Source: an uncultured virus (IMG/VR IMGVR_UViG_3300031963_011487) (taxonomy: Duplodnaviria > Heunggongvirae > Uroviricota > Caudoviricetes). Taken from it: DNA of 64,000 bases. The first letter of the stretch is position 1. Each line of letters starts with the position of its first letter. The notes below the pieces were generated by a model. It was not told the origin of the DNA, did not search any database, and saw only the letters and a list, made by a program, of their open reading frames with translations. Shown in pieces: positions 52,012 to 61,283 of this stretch. The stretch lies in IMG/VR virus record IMGVR_UViG_3300031963_011487; one strand, written 5' to 3'. The position numbers were made by a program, and so were the translations under genes.

Positions 52012-52012
52012 A

Positions 52013-52348
52013 ATGATTCGTCTTACCGATTTATTGATGGAAAACGCAGAACGTCGGGTCAACTTGATGAAAATTCAAGCCATCATGGAAAAATTGTACC
52101 CAGAACTAACAGATACCCAATCAAAAAAACTTATGGAATTGTGCACAGAAGTTCATATGATGGCTTCCCAAATGAATACCATCCCCTATATTAGAACAGA
52201 GAGTAGTTTAGTTGAATGGACCATTTTAGCTGCAGCATTTAAGGCAAAAGTCACTGAATTAAAAGAAGAAGTAGTCAAAGTATGTGAAGATAAAAAAATT
52301 GATTCGGCGACTGTAGTAAAAGCACTTGACGAAGTATTAACATATTAA
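52013..52348 (+). CDS. Hypothetical protein, putative internal head protein
   Basis: MIRLTDLLME leader. Confidence 0.72.
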   Translation: MIRLTDLLMENAERRVNLMKIQAIMEKLYPELTDTQSKKLMELCTEVHMMASQMNTIPYIRTESSLVEWTILAAAFKAKVTELKEEVVKVCEDKKIDSATVVKALDEVLTY

Positions 52349-52358
52349 GTGAGGTTTT

Positions 52359-54233
52359 ATGGCAGACACTAGTGTTTTCGGAAGACTTAAAAAACTTTTT
52401 TCTACTAACACCATTGTAAGAAACGTTGGAGGAAAAAAATTAAGAATTGCCGATACTGATCAAATCCAATCATTTGTCAATCGTCGTGGTGTAGACCGAT
52501 ATCATCGTGTATACCAGTCAGGCACTGGCGGGTATGGGTCACACCACGGTCGTTATGAAGCAGCTGCGGCGTTTCAAGGGGCTAGACTTCAACTGTTCCG
52601 TGATTATGACATGATGGATAATGATCCTATTGTCGCCTCTATCTTAGATATTTACGCAGACGAAAGTACGGTAAAGGACGAATTTAGTCGTATTTTGACA
52701 ATTAAAACCGACGACACACAAATTCAAGAAATTCTTCATAACCTATTTTACGATATTCTGAACGTCGAGTTCAATCTTTGGCCGTGGATTCGTAACATGG
52801 CAAAGTATGGGGATTTCTTCTTGTACTTGGACATTGATCCAGAATACGGAATTGTGAACGCCATTCCACTCTCCGTGTATGAAACGATTCGTGTAGAAGG
52901 TGAAGAACCTGGTAATCCTTTTTCCGTTAGATTTACTATTCAAAATGATTTCTTAGCTCTCGGAAAAACAGAATTTGATAATTATGAAATTGCCCATTTC
53001 CGTTTATTAGCCGATACTAACTTCCTTCCATATGGCAAAGCAATGATTGAAGGCGGTCGTCGTGTATGGAAACAACTTCAACTCATGGAAGATGCAATGT
53101 TAATTCATCGTATCATGAGAGCACCAGACAAACGGAAGTTCAAGATTGATATCGGAAATATTCCACCCGCTGAAGTGGAAACTTACATGCAACGGATTAT
53201 TGACCGAATGAAGAAGATTCCGTTAGTGGATCCAAAGACGGGCGATTACAATCTCCGTTATAACATGATGAATATTACGGAAGATTTCTACCTCCCGGTA
53301 CGTGGTAAGGACAGTGGGACAGAAATTGAAACCATGCAAGGTCTGCAATTTAATGCTATTGAAGATATTGAATATCTCCGTAAGAAACTCCTTGCTGCAT
53401 TCAAAGTACCGAAGTCATTTATTGGATACGAAGAAGATATTAACGGTAAAGCAACGTTAGCGGCACAAGATGTTCGTTTTGCTCGTACGATTGAACGTAT
53501 CCAACGGATTATGATTTCGGAACTCACGAAGATTGCTATTATCCATCTATATGTTCAAGGGTTCACGGACGAAAAACTCATCAATTTTGAATTATCGTTG
53601 ACCAATCCATCCACGCTGTACGAACAAGAAAAGATTAATATCTGGAAAGAAAAGTTTGCTCTTGCCAAGGATATGACCGGTGGTCAAGCAGTTCTTCTCT
53701 CACAAGACTGGGTATATAATAATATCCTGGAAATGTCCGATGAAGAAATTGTGAAGGAACGTGAAAAGATCATGGAAGACATGAAACGTCAACAGGAACA
53801 ACAGGCGGCAATGCAACCTCCAATGCCGGGGCAACCTGGAATGGACGGAGGAATGCCACCGGAAGGAGCTGAACTTCCTCCCGAAGAAACTCCGTCTGAA
53901 GAACAACCGCCAGAAGGAGACGGAGAACAACAAATTGATGACGTAGATCAAATCCTTTCTAGTCTAGAAGATATGGAAGATGATGAATCTGAATTGGAAG
54001 AAATGTTGATGAAAAACAAAGGAGGTCGTCCCCGTGAAGGATTAAAGTTTGGAACCGACAAACATCCGTTGGGACGTGATCCATTGGGACATAAAGAAAA
54101 TAAAAAAGCCATGAAAAGAACACTTTCTGCTGAAACTAAGACATTTTTGGACGTACTACAGAAAAAAGGAGTGAGTAAATACAGACAAATGATCTCCGAA
54201 AATATTCTAAGTGATGAAAAATTAGAAGGTTAA
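52359..54233 (+). CDS. Portal protein (gp20-like)
   Basis: QLQLMEDAMLIHRIMRAPDKRKFKIDIGN, EDFYLPVRG, IEDIEYLRKKL..AFKVP. Confidence 0.95.
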   Translation: MADTSVFGRLKKLFSTNTIVRNVGGKKLRIADTDQIQSFVNRRGVDRYHRVYQSGTGGYGSHHGRYEAAAAFQGARLQLFRDYDMMDNDPIVASILDIYADESTVKDEFSRILTIKTDDTQIQEILHNLFYDILNVEFNLWPWIRNMAKYGDFFLYLDIDPEYGIVNAIPLSVYETIRVEGEEPGNPFSVRFTIQNDFLALGKTEFDNYEIAHFRLLADTNFLPYGKAMIEGGRRVWKQLQLMEDAMLIHRIMRAPDKRKFKIDIGNIPPAEVETYMQRIIDRMKKIPLVDPKTGDYNLRYNMMNITEDFYLPVRGKDSGTEIETMQGLQFNAIEDIEYLRKKLLAAFKVPKSFIGYEEDINGKATLAAQDVRFARTIERIQRIMISELTKIAIIHLYVQGFTDEKLINFELSLTNPSTLYEQEKINIWKEKFALAKDMTGGQAVLLSQDWVYNNILEMSDEEIVKEREKIMEDMKRQQEQQAAMQPPMPGQPGMDGGMPPEGAELPPEETPSEEQPPEGDGEQQIDDVDQILSSLEDMEDDESELEEMLMKNKGGRPREGLKFGTDKHPLGRDPLGHKENKKAMKRTLSAETKTFLDVLQKKGVSKYRQMISENILSDEKLEG

Positions 54234-54294
54234 TGATGTTTCAAGATATTTACTTATATATGGTGGTTGTTTACTCGTCTAATACGGATAACAT

Positions 54295-55173
54295 ATGAAC
54301 ATCAAACATAATAAACTACGTAATACAGGCATTCTTTTTGAACTATTGGTAAGAAAAGTAGCCTCAGATGTCCTTGATAATAAATCTGACAGCTTTGCGG
54401 TTAGACTTATGCGAGAACATTTTCATTCAAAATCGGAACTTGGAAAAGAACTCCAATTATACCGTTCGTTTTTTAACGCCACTAAATTATCAGAAACAAA
54501 AGCACTTGATATGTTAGATTTAGTATTGGCAAAACGTAAAACATTAAATGAAAAAATGTTGGACGTACAAAAATTCTTGTTAATTAAAGAAATCAAACAA
54601 CACTGTGACTTAAAGCAATTTATGTCAGGACGAGTTCCTTCGTATAAAGTGTATGCGTCCGTATATAAACTATTTGAATCCATGACCCGTGCTGATTCTG
54701 ACCCATCTATGTTTATGCAAATAGACGAAATGGTGAACGCACGGTTTGTTGTTGTGGAGCACTTAAAGGGTGAAATTAAAGAAGAAAAGATTGTCAAGGA
54801 AAGTAACTATTCGGAGGCATTAAAAGAGCAACCAGAAGAAATTCGGTATCTTTCATACAAATTCTTATTAGAACGATTTAACGAAAAATATAGTAATTTC
54901 AGTGATAAGCAGAAAGCATTATTACGTGAATATATTAATAACGGGACTGACCTTGAAAAGTTCGGTACGTACGTTGTTCAAGAAGCAAAAGAATTAACTC
55001 AACGAATCAAGAAAAATTCCCATAAAATTAAAAATGACGTTACGAGAATTAAAATAAATGAAGTCACTTCTCAATTACAAAATATTCAAACAAAAACCGC
55101 AATAAAAGACAATTATATTACTGCGTTATTAATTGCCTACGAAATTTCACATCAACTTGATTCGTTGAGTTAA
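54295..55173 (+). CDS. Conserved head-module hypothetical protein
   Basis: IKHNKLRNTGILFELLVR; lies between portal and protease. Confidence 0.75.
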   Translation: MNIKHNKLRNTGILFELLVRKVASDVLDNKSDSFAVRLMREHFHSKSELGKELQLYRSFFNATKLSETKALDMLDLVLAKRKTLNEKMLDVQKFLLIKEIKQHCDLKQFMSGRVPSYKVYASVYKLFESMTRADSDPSMFMQIDEMVNARFVVVEHLKGEIKEEKIVKESNYSEALKEQPEEIRYLSYKFLLERFNEKYSNFSDKQKALLREYINNGTDLEKFGTYVVQEAKELTQRIKKNSHKIKNDVTRIKINEVTSQLQNIQTKTAIKDNYITALLIAYEISHQLDSLS

Positions 55174-55176
55174 TAT

Positions 55177-55641
55177 ATGAATAGAGAAGAAAAACTTCGT
55201 GAAATGATTCGGGAATTAATTGAACAAGAATTGAATGAAATCAGTACCACTGCTGGTGTTGCGGGATATTTAACACCTAAAGCATTTGTTGGTGATAAGA
55301 AAGCAAATACTGATCACATCAAACAAATGGCCAAACGTATTGGATATACATTAACTAAGCGTGGCGCAGAAGCTACGGGCAAAGGTGATAAGTTAAACGA
55401 AAATTATTATACTTACCGTAACGATCCCAATAAACTTCCACATCAAAAGATTGGAGAAGCCATTTCCGCAATTAATAAACAATTAAAGTTAATGGAAAAG
55501 GCGTTACATTACAACACACGTTTAAAAAACGAATATGGTATCAGTAACGAATCGTTGTGGAAACGAACACAACATCAAATGACTAAATTAGAAGCACGAC
55601 TCATGGAAATGGCTCGTCGCCTTCGTGAGATGCGAGGATAA
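55177..55641 (+). CDS. Hypothetical protein (possible prohead core component)
   Basis: LNEISTTAGVAGYLTPKAF; two LNE sites. Confidence 0.72.
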   Translation: MNREEKLREMIRELIEQELNEISTTAGVAGYLTPKAFVGDKKANTDHIKQMAKRIGYTLTKRGAEATGKGDKLNENYYTYRNDPNKLPHQKIGEAISAINKQLKLMEKALHYNTRLKNEYGISNESLWKRTQHQMTKLEARLMEMARRLREMRG

Positions 55642-55642
55642 T

Positions 55643-56227
55643 ATGGGACTTCTCTGTGAATATACCGAATTACATTATGACCGTAACATTCTAACGGAAG
55701 CGTTAGATGGAAGTAAACCTTTCATCCTAAAAAACGTCGTATTACAACGGGCTAATGCAAAAAATCAAAATGGTCGTGTGTATCCAAAAGAAGTATTGAT
55801 GCGTGAGGCAGCAGTTTACAAGAAAAACTTCGTAGATAGTCGTCGTGCATTAGGTGAACTGGACCATCCTGAAAGTCCCGTCGTCAACCTCAAGAATGTG
55901 TGCTGTAACGTGGTGGGGTTGTGGACGGACGGTGATGATGTTAAAGGCGACATTGAAATTTTGACCACACCAACCGGTAATATTGTACGGGAACTCATCA
56001 AGAACAATATTCGTCTCGGAGTATCATCCAGAGGTATGGGATCGGTGCGCCAAATGGGAGAAAATACGGTAGAAGTTCAAGAAGATTTCTCACTAATTTG
56101 CTTTGATATTGTAAGTAATCCCTCAACAATTGGGGCATTCATTAACGAAAATGTACAGTCTAAGATTGTTACACCATATGATGCAATTGATAAATTGGTT
56201 CACGATTTCTTAAGCGAAGTTAAATAA
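55643..56227 (+). CDS. Prohead core protease (gp21-like)
   Basis: NQNGRVYP, ALGELDHP, GVSSRGMGS, FDIVSNPS. Confidence 0.93.
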   Translation: MGLLCEYTELHYDRNILTEALDGSKPFILKNVVLQRANAKNQNGRVYPKEVLMREAAVYKKNFVDSRRALGELDHPESPVVNLKNVCCNVVGLWTDGDDVKGDIEILTTPTGNIVRELIKNNIRLGVSSRGMGSVRQMGENTVEVQEDFSLICFDIVSNPSTIGAFINENVQSKIVTPYDAIDKLVHDFLSEVK

Positions 56228-56237
56228 GGAGAATTAT

Positions 56238-56513
56238 ATGTTACTATTATCGGTAGTTCTTGTCGTTGCATGTGTTATTGCATGGTTTGTCATTAAAGAT
56301 ATGAATCAACCACTGGCAGATAAACTTGCAACTGCTGCAAAGAAAGTAGAAGATAAAGTTGAAACGGTAGTTGAAAAAGTTGCCGATGTCAATAAAGACG
56401 GAGTAGTCACTGTTGCCGACGCTAAAATTGTCGCTAAAAAGACAAAGAAGGTAGCAAAGACGGTAGTAGAAAAGGTTAAGAAGACACGTGGCCGTAAAAA
56501 GAAAACGGATTAA
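56238..56513 (+). CDS. Small membrane protein with an EF-hand-like loop and a basic tail
   Basis: TM helix; DVNKDGVVTVAD; TAAGGAG SD. Confidence 0.7.
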   Translation: MLLLSVVLVVACVIAWFVIKDMNQPLADKLATAAKKVEDKVETVVEKVADVNKDGVVTVADAKIVAKKTKKVAKTVVEKVKKTRGRKKKTD

Positions 56514-56516
56514 CAC

Positions 56517-56906
56517 ATGCCAGCAGTTAGTAAGCAACAACAAAAACTATTTGGACTAGTTCACGCGTATCAGATGGGAAAAGTTTCTTCTGATAAAGTG
56601 AACGATAAAATTAAAAAAATTGCCAAGAGTATCTCACCAGAGGACGCAAAAAAGTTTGCGTCTTCTCGTGTTAGTATTGATGAAGTAAAAAAAGTATTTA
56701 ATTCACCAACATATGTTCACGAAACATTACAAGAAATTGTGAATACGAAAACGCCAACCTATGTGAAGGGAGAATTGGTAGATACATTTACTGCACAAAT
56801 GCTTACAACTGTACTCAAGAAGTTAAATGAACATAATAAAACTATGTTGTTACAAAAGCCACTGACTGAAATGGTGGCAATTTCATATAAAATATTAACG
56901 TATTAA
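56517..56906 (+). CDS. Hypothetical protein (DUF3008-like N-terminus)
   Basis: MPAVSKQQQKLFG...AKKFAS. Confidence 0.7.
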   Translation: MPAVSKQQQKLFGLVHAYQMGKVSSDKVNDKIKKIAKSISPEDAKKFASSRVSIDEVKKVFNSPTYVHETLQEIVNTKTPTYVKGELVDTFTAQMLTTVLKKLNEHNKTMLLQKPLTEMVAISYKILTY

Positions 56907-56915
56907 GGGGGTTAC

Positions 56916-57131
56916 ATGTACGTAAAGGTCAATGAAGGAAAGGATGAATTAGGAAAGGCATTAAAACAGTTTACTAAAATGGTAAAAAAGTCAGAGTTAA
57001 TACAAGAACTCAGAAATCGTGAACATTTCTTAAAACCCTCTAAGAAGCGTATTTTTAAACGCCAAGAAGCATTACGCCGCAGAAAACGTGAAGAAAGACG
57101 AGCGGCACGACAAAAACATTACGATAATTGA
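56916..57131 (+). CDS. rpsU: Ribosomal protein bS21
   Basis: ALKQFTKMVKKSELIQELRNREHFLKPSKKR matches the bS21 pattern ALxxFK...ExRxRxxxxKPS; 71 aa, basic. Confidence 0.88.
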   Translation: MYVKVNEGKDELGKALKQFTKMVKKSELIQELRNREHFLKPSKKRIFKRQEALRRRKREERRAARQKHYDN

Positions 57132-57152
57132 TATTTTAAAAATCCAACTATA

Positions 57153-57160
57153 TATTTATA
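57153..57160 (+). promoter_or_regulatory. Putative late promoter TATTTATA
   Basis: Upstream of the scaffold and MCP genes. Confidence 0.62.
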
Positions 57161-57257
57161 ATAGTAAAACACTAATTTTTTAATATTGGTGGTATTTTAT
57201 TACATTTTAATAACAGATCCTAATATCTGTTTCTAATCCTTATAGGAGTAACATAAT

Positions 57258-58382
57258 ATGGCACAAATTACCAACAAGCTTTTAAAAGAAGCCATTGCCG
57301 ACGCAGAAGCAGTTCGTGAAACTGCTGTTGCGAACGCAAAGCTCGTTTTAGAAGAAGCAATTACACCACAAATTCGTGATATGATTGCCCGTCGTCTTCG
57401 TGTTGAAGCAATGGAAGGCGAGGAAGAAAAGGAAGAAGTGAAAGAAGAATCAGTAAAAGAACTTCCACACCAAGACGCTGAGGCAGAAGGAGGTGCAGAC
57501 TTCCCAGCCGATTCATCAACAGTTGGCGCTTCCGATAACAAGGAACCATCTGATGATGCATTTGACACATCGGCAATTGGCGACGGTGGTGAAAATAAAG
57601 AAGATAGTCACACGGATTGGTACGATGATTGGTCCGAAAGTGATTTTGACCTTGACGAAGTAATCAAGGAATTAGAAGAAGATATTGCACGTCTTTCAGA
57701 AGCAGAACACGAAGACGAAGCAGAAGAGAAGGAAGAAGCTCCAGAAGCTGAAAAGGCTCCAGAAGCAGAGGAAGAAATGAAGAAGGAAGGATGGAAGAAA
57801 AATGAAGTTTCACACGAAACTCAAGATGCAGATCCATCAAAGTTTGCCAAAGCACCAGTCGTTGAAGACGATATGGAAGCTGGTGAAGAAGGTGAAGAAG
57901 AACTTGATCTTGAAGCAATTCTTGCAGAACTTGAAGCCGACGAAGACGAAATGGGCGCAAAGCCAGATGCTCATGACGCCAAAAAAGCAATGGCTGCTAA
58001 ACTTGCGGGACTCAAGAACGAATTGGCACAATATCGGGAAGCAGTCAATATTCTCCGAGGCCGTTTACAAGAAGTTAACTTATTAAATGCTAAGTTACTC
58101 TTCACAAACAAGATGTTCCGTAAGGACTCTTTGACCAACGAACAAAAGATTCGCATTGTGGAATCATTTGATCGTGCAACAACGGTTCGTGAAGTGAAGT
58201 TAGTATACACAGCATTAGTTGAAAATCTTGCAACAGCAGCAAAGACGTTCAACACATCACGCAAGAAAGTTGTTACCGAAGGATTAGCCTCTAAGGCAAC
58301 TCCAACAACGGCACCAAAGAAAGAAGTTATCGTTGAAAATACGGTAGCTCGTCGTTTACAAGAACTCGCAGGAATTATCTAA
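57258..58382 (+). CDS. Prohead scaffolding protein (gp22-like)
   Basis: Very acidic with a coiled coil; EVNLLNAKLLF; directly upstream of the MCP gene. Confidence 0.82.
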   Translation: MAQITNKLLKEAIADAEAVRETAVANAKLVLEEAITPQIRDMIARRLRVEAMEGEEEKEEVKEESVKELPHQDAEAEGGADFPADSSTVGASDNKEPSDDAFDTSAIGDGGENKEDSHTDWYDDWSESDFDLDEVIKELEEDIARLSEAEHEDEAEEKEEAPEAEKAPEAEEEMKKEGWKKNEVSHETQDADPSKFAKAPVVEDDMEAGEEGEEELDLEAILAELEADEDEMGAKPDAHDAKKAMAAKLAGLKNELAQYREAVNILRGRLQEVNLLNAKLLFTNKMFRKDSLTNEQKIRIVESFDRATTVREVKLVYTALVENLATAAKTFNTSRKKVVTEGLASKATPTTAPKKEVIVENTVARRLQELAGII

Positions 58383-58403
58383 TATTATAGGAGATTTACC
58401 ATT

Positions 58404-59978
58404 ATGTCAGATGTACAAGAATTTATCAACGAAGCAGGTAGTGCACATAAGCACGTCATTGATCAAACCCGCAAATTAGCAGGTAAGTGGGAACGTTCAG
58501 GTCTTTTGGAAGGGTTGAAGGGATATGATCGTCAAGGTATGGCGGTTATGTTGGAAAACCAAGCAACGCAACTTCTCCAAGAAAACAGTAAGACAAACTC
58601 AGCCGGAACAAGTGGTGAACAATGGGCAGGTGTTGCACTTCCATTAGTTCGTAAGGTTTTCGGAAGCATTGCAAGTAAGAACTTCGTCTCAGTTCAACCA
58701 ATGAACCTCCCAGCCGGACTTGTTTTCTACATGGATTTCAAGTATGGCAACACACGTAACGGACAAACGTCTGCTACATCACTCTATGGAACAGCTGCAA
58801 GTTCAACGTGGGGTGGATTTGGAAACACGGATGCGGGTGGTTTGTATGGTGCAGGACGGTTTGGATACTCCATTAACAACGCAACAACAAGTTCACTTGC
58901 AGTAACTTCAGCATCGGTTTCATTTGCTGATGTAAATTTCAACGATACATACGTTGCAACCGGTTCATTGAAGAAATACACAGTAAGTGCAGGTGTATTA
59001 CCAAATGCTGATTGGTTAGCAGTACGTACATTCGTACCAAGTGGTTCAGGAATTGATTTTGGTGCATTGGTTCTTCCTGAATTTACCAAGTATGATGGAA
59101 CAAACGTAACCTTCATCGTCAATAGTTCATTCGGTGGTGTTGCCCCTCTCCAAGCAGTAACATGGGTCAAGCAACCAACCGATACAACACGTGGTGATTT
59201 TGAAGATCGTGATGGTTCAACTGATTTGAACATTCCACAAATTGATTTGGAACTCAAGAGTGAAACCATCGTTGCCAAGACACGTAAGTTGAAGGCGGTA
59301 TGGTCACCAGAACTTGCACAAGACTTGAATGCATACCACTCAGTTGATGCAGAAGCAGAATTGACCAGTATGTTGTCAGACTATGTTGCAACAGAAATTG
59401 ACCTTGAAATTCTTGACATGTTGATCAATGCAGCACAAACAACCGAATACTGGTCAGCAGAAATCGGTTCAACATGGAACGGTTCAGCATTTGCCGCTTC
59501 ATCCTTCACAGGAACAGCATGGACCAACATGACCTGGTTCCAAACACTTGGTCAGAAGATGCAAAAGGTCAGTAACCGTATCCACCAACTCACAATGCGT
59601 GGTGGTGCAAACTTTGCAGTGGTTTCACCAACGGTTGCAACAATTCTCGAAACCATCCCTGGCTTCCAAGCTGGAACAGATGGTGACAAGATGGAATTTG
59701 CTGCTGGTGTAACCAAGATTGGTTCATTCCAAAACCGTTACACCGTATACAAGAACCCATATATGAAGGAAAATGTTCTTCTTATGGGCTTCCGTGGTTC
59801 ACAATTCTTGGAAACTGGTGCAGTCTATGCCCCATACATTCCATTGATCATGACACCACTTGTGTACGATCCAAACAACTTCACGCCACGCCGTGGTGTG
59901 ATGACACGTTACGCAAAGAAGATCGTCCGTCCAGAATTCTTCGGCAAGATCTACATCGACAAGCTTGCACAAGTCTAA
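58404..59978 (+). CDS. Major capsid protein (gp23-like)
   Basis: MLENQ, VQPMNLPAGLVF, AKTRKLKAVWSPELAQDL, YAPYIPL, GVMTRY. Confidence 0.96.
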   Translation: MSDVQEFINEAGSAHKHVIDQTRKLAGKWERSGLLEGLKGYDRQGMAVMLENQATQLLQENSKTNSAGTSGEQWAGVALPLVRKVFGSIASKNFVSVQPMNLPAGLVFYMDFKYGNTRNGQTSATSLYGTAASSTWGGFGNTDAGGLYGAGRFGYSINNATTSSLAVTSASVSFADVNFNDTYVATGSLKKYTVSAGVLPNADWLAVRTFVPSGSGIDFGALVLPEFTKYDGTNVTFIVNSSFGGVAPLQAVTWVKQPTDTTRGDFEDRDGSTDLNIPQIDLELKSETIVAKTRKLKAVWSPELAQDLNAYHSVDAEAELTSMLSDYVATEIDLEILDMLINAAQTTEYWSAEIGSTWNGSAFAASSFTGTAWTNMTWFQTLGQKMQKVSNRIHQLTMRGGANFAVVSPTVATILETIPGFQAGTDGDKMEFAAGVTKIGSFQNRYTVYKNPYMKENVLLMGFRGSQFLETGAVYAPYIPLIMTPLVYDPNNFTPRRGVMTRYAKKIVRPEFFGKIYIDKLAQV

Positions 59979-60005
59979 TACAATTCGTAACGTGGTTAAT
60001 AAATT

Positions 60006-60030
60006 GGGTGGTCTTCGGACCACCCTTTTT
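60006..60030 (+). terminator. Rho-independent terminator after MCP
   Basis: GGGTGGTC-TTCG-GACCACCC stem with a cUUCGg tetraloop, followed by TTTTT. Confidence 0.92.
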
Positions 60031-60066
60031 ATTATCTATAAGTCATGGTTAACATGTGGTATTTGA

Positions 60067-60074
60067 TATTTATA
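60067..60074 (+). promoter_or_regulatory. Putative late promoter TATTTATA
   Basis: Just downstream of the terminator and upstream of the neck gene. Confidence 0.65.
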
Positions 60075-60097
60075 TATGTCTCTAATAGAGGGCATGT

Positions 60098-61282
60098 ATG
60101 CAGAATCGTGAACCTATAATATTTGAAGAAACACGAATTAGTCCTGTTAATGCAACTCCGTTTGGTTTTTATGACGGGGATGTGGAATTTCAACAAGAAG
60201 CGCCAGAAGTTGCCACGTTTGTTGCTAGACGACTGGGATATCCTGTCGTTGATGTAGAATTAACACATAAGCAAATTTATGCATGCTTAGAGGAAGCAAT
60301 TACAACATACAGTAATCAGGTAAATCAATTCAATGCACGTGAACATATGTTTGCTTTGCAGGGAATGAACACAAGTATTAATATTACTCAAAGAAATATA
60401 TTAGCAACGCCACTACCTCAATTGGTTAAATTATCCGCTCAATACGGAACAGAAGCAGAAAGCGGTGGAAATGTTACAATAAAACGAGGATATATCAGTG
60501 CGTCTGCGTATCAACAAACATATGATTTGAAGTCATTGTGGGCAGATCCATATGAAAGCGGGTCTGCTATAGAAATTCGTCGTATCTATCACTATATGCC
60601 ACCTGCCATTGCTCGTTACTATGACCCATTTGCAACGACGGGTCTTGGATTAACTAACTTGATGAGTGAATTTGGATTTGATGGATATTCACCGCCCGTG
60701 ACATTCGTGATGATGCCTGCATACGAAGATTTACTCCGTATTCAAGCAATTGAAGTGAATGATATGATTCGTAAAAGTCAATATAGTTTTAGTGTATCCA
60801 ATAACGTTGTTAAATTTACCCCCATATTTACAAAAAATACAACTATTTGGTTTGATTATATGGTAGTAGGTGATAAACAAAATGGATCGTCTAATAATGG
60901 AATTGGCGGAGTAATTCAATCGGGATCAGAAAATAGTGTGGTTTCAGATTTATCTAATATTCCATATGAAAACATTCAATATAAAAATATCAATAGCATT
61001 GGACGGTTGTGGATTTATCGGTACACACTAGCTTTGGCAAAAGAATTACTAGGTAACGTACGATCAAAATATCAAGAAATTCCAATACCAGACGCAACAA
61101 TACGAATGGATGGAGAAACACTTCGCCGAGAAGCGTCTGAAGAAAAGAAAGGATTGATAGAAGAAATTCGTGAAACCTTAGAACAAACTGGTATGCAAGC
61201 ACAGTTGAAAAAACAGATGGAAAATGCACAAGCAATGCAAAGTATTTTTGTACACGTTCCTACTCAAATTTTTATAGGATAA
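60098..61282 (+). CDS. Neck / head-tail adaptor (gp13-like)
   Basis: RRLGYPVVDVEL...Q; WIYRYTLALAKELLG..RSKY. Confidence 0.8.
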   Translation: MQNREPIIFEETRISPVNATPFGFYDGDVEFQQEAPEVATFVARRLGYPVVDVELTHKQIYACLEEAITTYSNQVNQFNAREHMFALQGMNTSINITQRNILATPLPQLVKLSAQYGTEAESGGNVTIKRGYISASAYQQTYDLKSLWADPYESGSAIEIRRIYHYMPPAIARYYDPFATTGLGLTNLMSEFGFDGYSPPVTFVMMPAYEDLLRIQAIEVNDMIRKSQYSFSVSNNVVKFTPIFTKNTTIWFDYMVVGDKQNGSSNNGIGGVIQSGSENSVVSDLSNIPYENIQYKNINSIGRLWIYRYTLALAKELLGNVRSKYQEIPIPDATIRMDGETLRREASEEKKGLIEEIRETLEQTGMQAQLKKQMENAQAMQSIFVHVPTQIFIG

Positions 61283-61283
61283 C

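Noticed and set aside
45238..52012. Longer ORF-track starts at 45238, 46897, 49174, 50384, 50934, 51703 and 51998
   Set aside because: They overlap upstream genes or the promoter region; downstream ATGs fit SD or translational coupling and expose the shared leader.
45283..59978. Inteins or introns in terminase, portal or MCP
   Set aside because: ORFs are continuous and of ordinary length, with no intein splice motifs seen.
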